Shown: piece after piece, positions 1 to 8,310 of the stretch | Position numbering within the stretch: the stretch's first letter is position 1 | Layout: each line of letters begins with the position of its first letter | Assembly (NCBI GenBank): GCA_965222605.1 | Contig: OZ244960.1 | Coordinates: 3,616,001 to 3,680,000, forward strand | DNA from: Candidatus Latescibacterota bacterium | GTDB taxonomy: Bacteria > Latescibacterota > UBA2968 | Direction of reading: 5' to 3' | DNA: 64,000 nt | Program-made: the position numbers and the translations under genes | The notes under the pieces: generated by a model | Databases searched by the model: none | What the model was told of the DNA's origin: nothing | The model's input: only the letters and a program-made list of their open reading frames with translations

Positions 1-72
1 CGGCGAGATGGATCAAGATTAGTAGTCTGCATCAAGGCGTTTATAGCCTCTCGCAATAGTGACAAAAAATAA

Positions 73-101
73 TTGACACTATTTTTATATTGCCATATAT
101 T
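73..101 (+). promoter_or_regulatory. sigma70-type promoter
   Basis: TTGACA (73-78), 17-bp spacer, TATATT (96-101). Confidence 0.7.
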
Positions 102-107
102 TAGGCA

Positions 108-170
108 TTACCCCTTCAGACATTCAGTGCTGAAGCCCCCGGACTCGTTAGTGGGTCCGGGATTTTTTTT
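108..170 (+). ncRNA. candidate small leader RNA (two hairpins, second is an intrinsic terminator) upstream of an NYN fragment
   Basis: CTTCAG..CTGAAG stem (114-135), then CCCGGACTC..GGGTCCGGG stem (138-161) and a T-run, between promoter and RBS. Confidence 0.45.
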
Positions 171-192
171 GTCGTTTTAGGAGGTGTGGGTC

Positions 193-267
193 ATGCAATC
201 CTGTAAACGCACTATATTTTTTATTGACGGATTAAACGTTTACCATGAGTTTTGGGGGAAGGTGTAG
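193..267 (+). pseudogene. truncated NYN (LabA/DUF88, PIN-like) RNase, 5' fragment
   Basis: RBS AGGAGG; translates MQSCKRTIFFIDGLNVYHEFWGKV*; IFFIDGxNxYH is the first NYN catalytic strand. Confidence 0.6.
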
Positions 268-303
268 GGGATCAGGCCTGGCGAATCATCACAAGGATTA
301 TAA

Positions 304-1263
304 ATGAAATACGATCAAGAGCGCGAGGTAGCTATTGAGGCTGTGCGCGAGGCTACCCGGCTTTGTGTGGATGTGCGAAAATCACTTGTTGGGGCGATGG
401 AGAAAGAGGATCGCAGTCCGGTGACGGTTGCGGATTTTGGCTCGCAGGCGCTTGTGTGCCGGCGGTTAAAATCGGTTTTTCCCAATGATCCGATTGTGGC
501 GGAAGAAGATGCGTCGGTGCTTCGGGGTGCCGAGCAATCTGCGATGCGGAAGACTGTGTGCAAATTTGTTCGGGCGTATGCACAGGCGGATGAAAATACG
601 GTTTGCGACTGGATTGATGCGGGCAATGGGGCTGTTGTAGAGCGTTTTTGGACACTTGATCCTATTGATGGCACAAAGGGCTTTTTGCGCGGGGATCAAT
701 ATGCGGTGGCATTGGCGCTGATCGATTGCGGTGAGGTGAAGGTTGCCGCGCTCGCGTGTCCCGCCTTGCCTGTGGATATGGGTGAGATGGACGGCGATTG
801 TGGGATGTTATTTGTGGCGGTGCGGGGAGAAGGTACACAGGCGGTGCCTCTTGGGGGTGGCGATGGTGCTGATATTCAAATTGATGAACCCGCGTGGCGG
901 TTTGCCGAGAGTGTGGAGGCGTCACACGGCGATCACGATGCACACAAAGCAGTGGCTCGAGCGGTTGGTATTGAGTCGCCGTCGCTCAGGATGGATAGTC
1001 AGGCAAAATACGGCGCGGTGGCTCGCGGCGATGCGGCGTTGTATTTGAGGTTGCCGTCGCCAAGCTATCCGGATTATCGCGAGAATATTTGGGATCACGC
1101 TGCGGGGTCTCTTGTCGTTGAGGAAGCCGGTGGAAAGGTGAGCGATATGTTTGGCAGGCCGCTCGATTTTGCGTCTGCTGCTCAGATGGAAGACAATCGC
1201 GGGGTGGTGGTGAGTGCCTGTGAGATTCACGCGCGGGTGATTGACGCGCTTCGGGGCATGTGA
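304..1263 (+). CDS. 3'(2'),5'-bisphosphate nucleotidase, HAL2/inositol monophosphatase family
   Basis: SPVTVADF, AEED, WTLDPIDGTKGF, DSQAKYG and IWDHAAG motifs. Confidence 0.92.
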   Translation: MKYDQEREVAIEAVREATRLCVDVRKSLVGAMEKEDRSPVTVADFGSQALVCRRLKSVFPNDPIVAEEDASVLRGAEQSAMRKTVCKFVRAYAQADENTVCDWIDAGNGAVVERFWTLDPIDGTKGFLRGDQYAVALALIDCGEVKVAALACPALPVDMGEMDGDCGMLFVAVRGEGTQAVPLGGGDGADIQIDEPAWRFAESVEASHGDHDAHKAVARAVGIESPSLRMDSQAKYGAVARGDAALYLRLPSPSYPDYRENIWDHAAGSLVVEEAGGKVSDMFGRPLDFASAAQMEDNRGVVVSACEIHARVIDALRGM

Positions 1264-2000
1264 TGGATCGACGGGATTACGATGCTGTTGTTAAGCGCGT
1301 GGAAGCGGTGTCTGGTGTTGATGTGCACGAATTGGGGGAGGTTGAAGGGTTGCCGGTTTTGCGTGTGTCTGCTGGTAAGCGAGACGCGCCTGTTGTTTAT
1401 ATCAATGGAGGGACGCACGGCGATGAACCGGCTGGCGTGGAAGCGGCACTCGCTTTTTTGGAGGGTGAATGGAAACGCTGGGCTGATAGGGTGCGTTTTG
1501 AAATTATTCCGTGTTTGTGCCCGTGGAGCTATGTTCACAATGCGCGGCTCAATGCACAGGAAGTCGATGTGAATTGGGCGTTTTTGCGCGATGATGTGCC
1601 CGAGATCGAAATTTTAAAGGGTTTTTTAGAAGGACAAGTTTTTGCGGGTGTGATTGATTTGCACGAGGATTGGGAGAGTCCGGGATTTTATCTGTACGAG
1701 ATGTTTGGGGATCGCGAATCTCTGGGGCGGGAGATGGTGACGCGGGTGGCACGGGTTTGTCCGATTAACAAACAGACCGAGATTGAAGGCGAGATTGCGG
1801 TCGATGGGGTGATTCATCCCAATATGGATGTGTCGAGACGGAAGTACGGGGAGGGCATACCGATTGCTTTGTATCAGAGAGGCTATACGGGGCATCTGGT
1901 GACGGCAGAAAGCCCGACAGCGCAACCGATGGGTGTGCGCGTTGCGGCGCATTTGGCAGCTATTGAGGTGATGGTGGAGGCTAATGTTTTCCACAGATGA
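1260..2000 (+). CDS. M14-family zinc carboxypeptidase / succinylglutamate desuccinylase-like protein
   Basis: GTHGDEPAG and IDLHED zinc motifs; overlaps upstream stop. Confidence 0.85.
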   Translation: MMDRRDYDAVVKRVEAVSGVDVHELGEVEGLPVLRVSAGKRDAPVVYINGGTHGDEPAGVEAALAFLEGEWKRWADRVRFEIIPCLCPWSYVHNARLNAQEVDVNWAFLRDDVPEIEILKGFLEGQVFAGVIDLHEDWESPGFYLYEMFGDRESLGREMVTRVARVCPINKQTEIEGEIAVDGVIHPNMDVSRRKYGEGIPIALYQRGYTGHLVTAESPTAQPMGVRVAAHLAAIEVMVEANVFHR

Positions 2001-2018
2001 CGCAGATAACGCAGATGA
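1991..2018. repeat. short (A/G)CAGAT-based dispersed repeat (related copies near 21766-21800 and 30731-30744)
   Basis: CCACAGATGACGCAGATAACGCAGATGA here; CCGCAGATGGACGCAGATAGACACAGATGAA at ~21769. Confidence 0.5.
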
Positions 2019-2124
2019 AGGCGAGTAAACCTTTAGCTCACGAGAGGCGCGAGTTATCCGAACATGATATGGATGAAGGTGTGACTTGATGGTTGAAGCG
2101 CAGGTTTGATCTCCCGCGCTTTTT

Positions 2125-2991
2125 TTAATATGGGCGAAAACCGCGTACCATAAATCCATTTTCTTTTTTTGCCTCTGCCGCGCGTTTTGCCGATTCTGCG
2201 CGGTTTTTTGTGGTGGTGCCGCGCACGATCACGTAATCGTCGGCTCTGCGGTAGCGGTGTATGAAGACGGGACGAGGTTTGTCTGAGTGGTTCTGTTTGG
2301 AGCCGTGAACGGTTTTGACGTGAAAGAAGATGGCGTCACCGGGTTGACCGGGTATTGGGAGGGCGCGCTCCCAGGGCCATTCGTCGTCTGCAAGTCCCAG
2401 GTGCGAGAAGGTGTCGATGTGGTCGAGTTGCCCGAGTTTGTGAGAGCCGGGTACGACGTGGAGGGCGCCGTTTTTGAGGTCAGTGGGGACGACGTAGGTG
2501 AGGATGCCAACAGGTCCTTCGTACCGGTGTTCAAAATACGCCGAGTCCTGGTGCAGGTGTTTGGGATGGCCCCCGACGGGTTCTTTGTAGAGGCATTGCC
2601 CATTGCCGTAGAGTTCGATGTTGGGGCCGAGTATGGCTTCGACTATGTCGAGGGTGGGCGGGTGAAATGCCGAGCGAAAGAAGGTCGCGCTGGTGTGGTA
2701 GTTGATGCCCAGGACCATAATTTGTCGGTCGCGCTCGTAATTTTCAGGCGCGGGTATAAAGAGGGTGTTATTGGGCGTGCGCCATCCTTCGGGGATTGCC
2801 GTAGCTTGATTGAGCAGGGCGAGGGATTGTCTGGCAGTGGCTTTGATGTCGCGGTGAAGCGCGTCGATGTATTCGCGAAGCAATCCCCGCACGACAATCG
2901 CGCCATGCGTTTTGAATGCCTCGGCAGCACGTTGAAGGTAGATGTCTTTGGACTGAAAGTCCAGGTCGTTTAAGGAAATGGTTTGGGGCAT
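2125..2991 (-). CDS. phytanoyl-CoA dioxygenase (PhyH) family Fe(II)/2OG dioxygenase
   Basis: HQD, NGALHVVPGSH, GDAIFFH..HGS..N.S..R; start taken at MPQTISL. Confidence 0.88.
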   Translation of the reverse strand: MPQTISLNDLDFQSKDIYLQRAAEAFKTHGAIVVRGLLREYIDALHRDIKATARQSLALLNQATAIPEGWRTPNNTLFIPAPENYERDRQIMVLGINYHTSATFFRSAFHPPTLDIVEAILGPNIELYGNGQCLYKEPVGGHPKHLHQDSAYFEHRYEGPVGILTYVVPTDLKNGALHVVPGSHKLGQLDHIDTFSHLGLADDEWPWERALPIPGQPGDAIFFHVKTVHGSKQNHSDKPRPVFIHRYRRADDYVIVRGTTTKNRAESAKRAAEAKKENGFMVRGFRPY

Positions 2992-3093
2992 GATTTTTTT
3001 TAAAGTTATGGGAGAAGATACTTGATCTTCATGATACGTGAAGCGAATCAAACTGTCACGCATATTCTGTGCTTATTCTCACCGACACGGCCT

Positions 3094-4857
3094 TCACTTG
3101 TCGAAGAAGGGATGCACGGACACGGGTGATTTGGGGATCTCGCCGCTCGGTGGCTTGATCGTGATGTCCTCGAACAGGACCATGCGGGGGGTGACGATAC
3201 TCACCAGGACAGATTCACCCCGCCCGCTAAAGGGAGAGGAGTTGTCCTGCGAGCGAAAGGGAACGGTGTTGACCGCGTGCGTCCTGGACACCTTCACGAT
3301 GTCCTTGAAGGTATGGAGGCCGATGCCCGTAAATTCGGCGTTGCGCACCAGTTCTTGGCGGCCGTCGAGATAGACTTTATAGACGAAGATTGCGTTTTTT
3401 AGCTTGGCCTCGTCGTTAGAGGAATCGGAGGAATAGTAGATAACCTGAGGTTCAGAAACATTATACGACGGGTTGGCGATGTGGGTGACGATGTAGCCGT
3501 ATTGTTTTTTCTGCCTTTTGATCAGTTTAAAAAATTCCTCGCGGATCTGCTTTTCACTCAGGCCCTTCTCCGCCTCGACCAGGATATTGCTGGGGGCGAC
3601 GCTCGGACCTCGGCGACTGCCCGTGCTCTGGTCGATGCCGCGCACGGGCGTACGCGTCGTCAACAGGGTCTCCAGTACACCTTCCCGCACCAGGCGGACC
3701 GGACGCGCCGGCACGCCTTCGTCGTCAACCCTGTAGCCGCCGAACAAAGGTTGCTTTTTATAGGCGTCCATGAGCGGCTCAGCGCGCACGCTGAGAAATT
3801 CGGGCAGGACGCGCACGCCAATCTTGTCTAAGAAAGGATTTTCCTTTTTCTGAGGATAGAAGCGCTCGTATTGCGGATTGTCGGTCAGCGCCCGGCGCGT
3901 CGATAGCATGTAGGGAACAAACCCCTGGTTGAACAGTTCCGTGGCCGCCTGGCCCGAAAAGATCACGGGGCCAGTATAGCGCTCGACCAGCGGTGCCTGA
4001 CGTAGCTGCTTCAGACGCTCGCCGAGGGCATTGATCTGCGCAGTCAGCTCGTTGTCACTGGGAAGGTCTTCCGGTGAACGGGCGTACACGGCGACGAAGT
4101 CCTCCAGGGGCATCCCGTCAGGGGCCTGGGTGGCGGCGATCGCGATGAAAGCCAGCGACGAGCTTGTGCGGGAGAAGGAAGAGCCTTCGCTATTGAGGTA
4201 GTGGACCGAGGTGTTGGATCCGTTGAAACGGACCCGCGAAGTGTAGATGTCGGGCATTTCGTGGAACAGGCTCGAAAGCTGGCGCACGCGTCGGTCCAGC
4301 GCGTCGAGATCTAAGGTCGCGGGCGGGGTTTCGTGCACTTCGGTGGCGGACTCTTCCCTGCTGAAATCGGGAATTTCTTCGGTGCGGGTTTTGTTCTGTA
4401 AGGTGGCGCGCTTCCTGGCCAGATCTTCGAGTGCCTTCTTGTAGGCACCGTCGGTGGCCAGCCAGATTTGGCGCCGCAACTCGTCGTAGTTGTCCTCAAG
4501 GGGCAATTGCATGCTGCCCCCGTACATGCGCACCACTCCCGTGCCGCCAAAGGAGAACGAGCGGAAGTTGGTGTTGTCGAGGGCGTAGTCTCCGACCCGC
4601 ACTTCGACACTGAGTTCGCGCGAGTGCCTCTCACTGCTGTTGAGCAAACTGCCGAAGGTTGCCGAGTTGCTTTTGGACTTCATTTCGCGCACGCGGTAGG
4701 AAATGAAGTAGGGCCGCTCCAGGTCTTCGAGCTGAAGTTGCTGCATCGAGCGCGCCAATTCATCGCGCAGGGCGCGCTGCAAAATGTCGTCTTGGGCATG
4801 GACCGCGGAAAACGCCAGGAAGATAGTTAGAACGTGGATAAAGGTTCTTTTGCGCAT
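3094..4857 (-). CDS. TldD/PmbA-family protein, non-catalytic TldE-like subunit with signal peptide
   Basis: Paralogous to the adjacent gene (VRVGDYALDNT, YTGPVIFSG, DDEGVPA); no HExxH; signal peptide ending AVHA. Confidence 0.8.
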   Translation of the reverse strand: MRKRTFIHVLTIFLAFSAVHAQDDILQRALRDELARSMQQLQLEDLERPYFISYRVREMKSKSNSATFGSLLNSSERHSRELSVEVRVGDYALDNTNFRSFSFGGTGVVRMYGGSMQLPLEDNYDELRRQIWLATDGAYKKALEDLARKRATLQNKTRTEEIPDFSREESATEVHETPPATLDLDALDRRVRQLSSLFHEMPDIYTSRVRFNGSNTSVHYLNSEGSSFSRTSSSLAFIAIAATQAPDGMPLEDFVAVYARSPEDLPSDNELTAQINALGERLKQLRQAPLVERYTGPVIFSGQAATELFNQGFVPYMLSTRRALTDNPQYERFYPQKKENPFLDKIGVRVLPEFLSVRAEPLMDAYKKQPLFGGYRVDDEGVPARPVRLVREGVLETLLTTRTPVRGIDQSTGSRRGPSVAPSNILVEAEKGLSEKQIREEFFKLIKRQKKQYGYIVTHIANPSYNVSEPQVIYYSSDSSNDEAKLKNAIFVYKVYLDGRQELVRNAEFTGIGLHTFKDIVKVSRTHAVNTVPFRSQDNSSPFSGRGESVLVSIVTPRMVLFEDITIKPPSGEIPKSPVSVHPFFDK

Positions 4858-4885
4858 GGGATGGCTCCTGCCGGATGGAAAAGGC

Positions 4886-6595
4886 TCAAGGGAGGTCCGA
4901 TTCTTCAGTGGACTCGGAGAAAGGTGCTTCGAGGATGGGCCGGCGCTCCTGGGACTTCTCTTTTTTTTGCACCTCGATCTGCGAGATGAAAATGCTGGGG
5001 GAGACCGCGGCCACGGGTACGCCTCCCGATTCAGCACCGCATATGCCGTTGAACACGCCGATCTGATCGTCGGCAGCGGCGATCTGGCTGAAGGCAGTGA
5101 GCGGCGTGCCGATCAAGTCAACTCCGCGCACTAACTCCTCACGTCCGTCAGTGTAAATGCGGTACACCATGATGGGAAGTACGTTGAAGGCGTTGGGGAA
5201 GGTGCGGCCCGTGATGGTGAAGCCCCCCTGGATGTCCTCGAAGTAGAGACCGAACTTCTTGTTCTCCAGGCGGCACTGTTTGATGAGCATTTCCTTGAGT
5301 TGGTCCCGGGTCAGCGGCTTCGAAGTCTCGACGATGAGGTTGGACTGGCGCGCCACGGGGGTGTAGCCCGGCTGCTTGCGTCCGTGGCCGTTGGAATGAG
5401 GGAAATTCTCAATCGGCGAGCGCGACATGAGAAAGCGGCGGAAAATCCCGTTTTCGACGACGGCTACCCGCTGCGCCTTGACGCCCTGATTGTCGTATGT
5501 GTAGGCACCTACGAGATCCTTGCCAGCGCTGCTCGTCTGGGTGGGATCGAAGTAAACTGAGAAGGTCTCGGGCAGAACTTTTTCCCCTATTTTCTTTTTG
5601 AAGGTCTGGCCTTCGTCTTCTCGCTTCTGGCGGTGGCCCTCGATGCGGTGCCCGAAAATTTCGTGGAAGAGGACGCCGCTGGCGCGGCCCGAGAGAATCG
5701 CCGGACCGGTGTAGGGAGCCACTATCGGGGCGTCGCGCAGGGCGTGCAAGTCGGCGATCATGCGCTCTACCAGGGCGAGGATCTCGTCGTCGCCAGGTAG
5801 GCCCTCCGGGGCAAAGGCGGAAAAGGATTCGTAGCGCGGCAATTCCATGCCGTCGTCGGCCTTGGTGAAGGCGTAGATGAACAGTCTGTAGAGTACCTGC
5901 GAGGTCTGGATTTCGCTGCCCTCGCTGTTGACGTATTGGCGGGTCGATATACTGGCCGAGAGGCTGGCGTTGGCCTCGTAGATATCGCCGTATTGGGCAA
6001 AGGGAGCCGTGTATTTCTTGAGCTTGGCCTCCCATTCGTCGCGGGAGATTTGGAAGGAGGCGGCGTCTTCTACGTAGTGCTCGACTGGCTCTTTGGAGAA
6101 ATCGTCCGACTGGTCTTCCTCTTCCACCGTGACCTGGACATTGGTCTTGACCGTGGTCAGTTGTTCGATGGCGCGCTTGTACTTTTTATCGGTGTGGTAC
6201 CAGAGCACGCTGCGAATGGCGTCCGGATCATCCTCAATGGGAATTTCGATTCTCGAATAGCGATCCGACCAATTGCGGGGGCCGCCGCGGACCTGGTGCG
6301 TATTGTCGAAGGCGTAGTCCCCCACGCGCAGATCAATGTCGAGCCGGCGTCGGTGCGATTCGCGGCTGTAGGCCAGCACGCCGAAAGAGGCTTCGACACT
6401 GATCCCCTGTGTCTCGGTGATTTCATAACTGAGGTAGTAGAGCGGGACCGGCTGCTCCTTGAGCAGACTGAAGGAGCGGGTCAATTCCTCTTGCATGGCT
6501 TGCAGTAGCGGGGAAGCGATTTCGGCCCGAACGCTGGTCGCGGTGAACGCGGTGCAGACGAGGCAAAGGCAGAGAAGGCTGAAAAATGATCTCAT
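4886..6595 (-). CDS. tldD: TldD-family metalloprotease with signal peptide
   Basis: HEIFGHRIEG zinc motif, YDNQGV, C-terminal GICGAESG; signal peptide; start at MRSFFSL. Confidence 0.85.
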   Translation of the reverse strand: MRSFFSLLCLCLVCTAFTATSVRAEIASPLLQAMQEELTRSFSLLKEQPVPLYYLSYEITETQGISVEASFGVLAYSRESHRRRLDIDLRVGDYAFDNTHQVRGGPRNWSDRYSRIEIPIEDDPDAIRSVLWYHTDKKYKRAIEQLTTVKTNVQVTVEEEDQSDDFSKEPVEHYVEDAASFQISRDEWEAKLKKYTAPFAQYGDIYEANASLSASISTRQYVNSEGSEIQTSQVLYRLFIYAFTKADDGMELPRYESFSAFAPEGLPGDDEILALVERMIADLHALRDAPIVAPYTGPAILSGRASGVLFHEIFGHRIEGHRQKREDEGQTFKKKIGEKVLPETFSVYFDPTQTSSAGKDLVGAYTYDNQGVKAQRVAVVENGIFRRFLMSRSPIENFPHSNGHGRKQPGYTPVARQSNLIVETSKPLTRDQLKEMLIKQCRLENKKFGLYFEDIQGGFTITGRTFPNAFNVLPIMVYRIYTDGREELVRGVDLIGTPLTAFSQIAAADDQIGVFNGICGAESGGVPVAAVSPSIFISQIEVQKKEKSQERRPILEAPFSESTEESDLP

Positions 6596-6699
6596 TGGCG
6601 TTCCTTTCTTTGGTTTAGGCAGAGATTTTCCAAAGATTCTTCCTGGGATTAAACGTCCTTGTGGGATGCGGGTTCCGAAAGTAAGGATTTCCTCCAATA

Positions 6700-6736
6700 A
6701 AAAAGAGTCCGCAAGCAACCTCGCGGACTCTTTTTG
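6700..6736. terminator. bidirectional intrinsic terminator
   Basis: AAAAGAGTCCGC..GCGGACTCTTTTT downstream of korB. Confidence 0.75.
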
Positions 6737-6756
6737 CGCGGTGATGTTGATGAGCG

Positions 6757-8298
6757 TTAGTTGGGTGATATGTCGTCTGAGAAGAGGCCGCCGGTGAACT
6801 TGAGCATGACTTTGAAGGATGCCAGGCCCACGGGACGCCCATCGGGATCTACGATGGGAATGTGGCGGAAGCCGTGCAGAGACATCAGGTGCAGGAGGTG
6901 ACCGATGGGATCAGACGTTTTCAGTGCGGTGGGATCTTTGGTCATCAGGCTATCGACTGTTGTATTTTGCAGATCCACGTCGGTTCCGGCAACTTTTTCA
7001 AAGAGATCGCCCTGTGCGAATATGCCGCGCAACAAGCCCTGTTTGTCAACGACCAGCAAACAACCCATATTTTTGCTGCGCATGGTTTCGACAGCATCGG
7101 CTACCGAGGTGTCGGCGGATACACATTCAGGTGCTGGCAGGTCGAGCGATGCGATCGGATCGTAGAGCAGTTGCTGAAGCGATGTGCGCGGTGCCATGGG
7201 GTCTTCTTCGTCGATATCGGGAATGATATTCGATGTGGGCATTTCTTCGTGGACTTCTTGCACGGTCTCGGCGTCGGGGCCTTCGGGAACAATCCAGGTA
7301 TCTGTTGCATGATACAGTGCATTGAGATCACCTGCGCCGCGCTCTTCAACCGCCTGGCGGCCCTGTGCGATGATTTGTTCTTCGTAAATTGGACGTTCTA
7401 CACAACGAAATACGCCGAATGGCACCGGATAATCCGGATGTGTGAGACGGCTGAGCAAATACGCATGGGCTGGATTGTCCAGGGTTTCGTCGTGTGCGAG
7501 CAAGTCGCTTTCCGACACGCCATTGCCCAGGGTTACGACTTCGGGCGCAAGTCCGTTGATACGGATGCCTTTGTCGCGGTCTTTGCCAAAAATGATGGGT
7601 TGGTCGTGTTCCAGAATCACGGTCTGATCGTCTTTGACATCTGCCTGGGTGGCAAAAAACCAGGCTCCGTCGTTGTAAATATTGCAATTCTGATAAATTT
7701 CGACAAAGGACGTGCCGCGATGTTCGGTGGCGCGTTTGAGGATCTCGGCCATGTGTTTGGTGTTGCGGTCAACGGTGCGGGCGACAAAGGTGGCTTCGGC
7801 TGCCAGGGCAACGGATATGGCATTGAAGTCCTGTTCCACAGAGCCCATGGGCGACGAATAGGTGCGCGTACCCGGCGGCGATGTGGGCGAATATTGCCCT
7901 TTGGTGAGGCCGTAGATCGCATTGTTGAAGAGGAGGATGTTGAGATTGACGTTGCGACGCAACACATGCAACAGGTGATTGCCGCCTATGGATAGGCTGT
8001 CGCCATCGCCGGTGATTACCCACACATGCAGGTCGGGATTGGCTACTTTGAGTCCAGTCGCCACGGTTGCCGCGCGACCGTGAATGGTGTGCAGACCGTA
8101 CGTGTTCATATAATAGGGGAATCGGCTGGAACAACCAATGCCCGATATAAAGACCATATCTTCCCGCGCAATGCCCATCTCGGGCAACACGCGCTGCATC
8201 TGTGCGAGGATGGCGTAATCACCACAACCGGGGCACCAGCGCACTTCCTGGTCGGATACGAAGTCTTTTCGCGTCAGTGTTTCAATAGCGTCTGCCAT
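6757..8298 (-). CDS. korB: 2-oxoacid:ferredoxin oxidoreductase beta subunit fused to a C-terminal CBS pair
   Basis: WCPGCG, SGIGCS, GDGD and YGLTKGQ.SPT TPP motifs; acidic linker then CBS-like HGFRHIPIVD. Confidence 0.9.
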   Translation of the reverse strand: MADAIETLTRKDFVSDQEVRWCPGCGDYAILAQMQRVLPEMGIAREDMVFISGIGCSSRFPYYMNTYGLHTIHGRAATVATGLKVANPDLHVWVITGDGDSLSIGGNHLLHVLRRNVNLNILLFNNAIYGLTKGQYSPTSPPGTRTYSSPMGSVEQDFNAISVALAAEATFVARTVDRNTKHMAEILKRATEHRGTSFVEIYQNCNIYNDGAWFFATQADVKDDQTVILEHDQPIIFGKDRDKGIRINGLAPEVVTLGNGVSESDLLAHDETLDNPAHAYLLSRLTHPDYPVPFGVFRCVERPIYEEQIIAQGRQAVEERGAGDLNALYHATDTWIVPEGPDAETVQEVHEEMPTSNIIPDIDEEDPMAPRTSLQQLLYDPIASLDLPAPECVSADTSVADAVETMRSKNMGCLLVVDKQGLLRGIFAQGDLFEKVAGTDVDLQNTTVDSLMTKDPTALKTSDPIGHLLHLMSLHGFRHIPIVDPDGRPVGLASFKVMLKFTGGLFSDDISPN

Positions 8299-8310
8299 GT
8301 TTGGATTCCT

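Noticed and set aside
6862-7995. 377-aa plus-strand ORF, and many similar overlapping ORFs across the window
   Set aside because: Antisense or alternate-frame shadows of well-supported genes.
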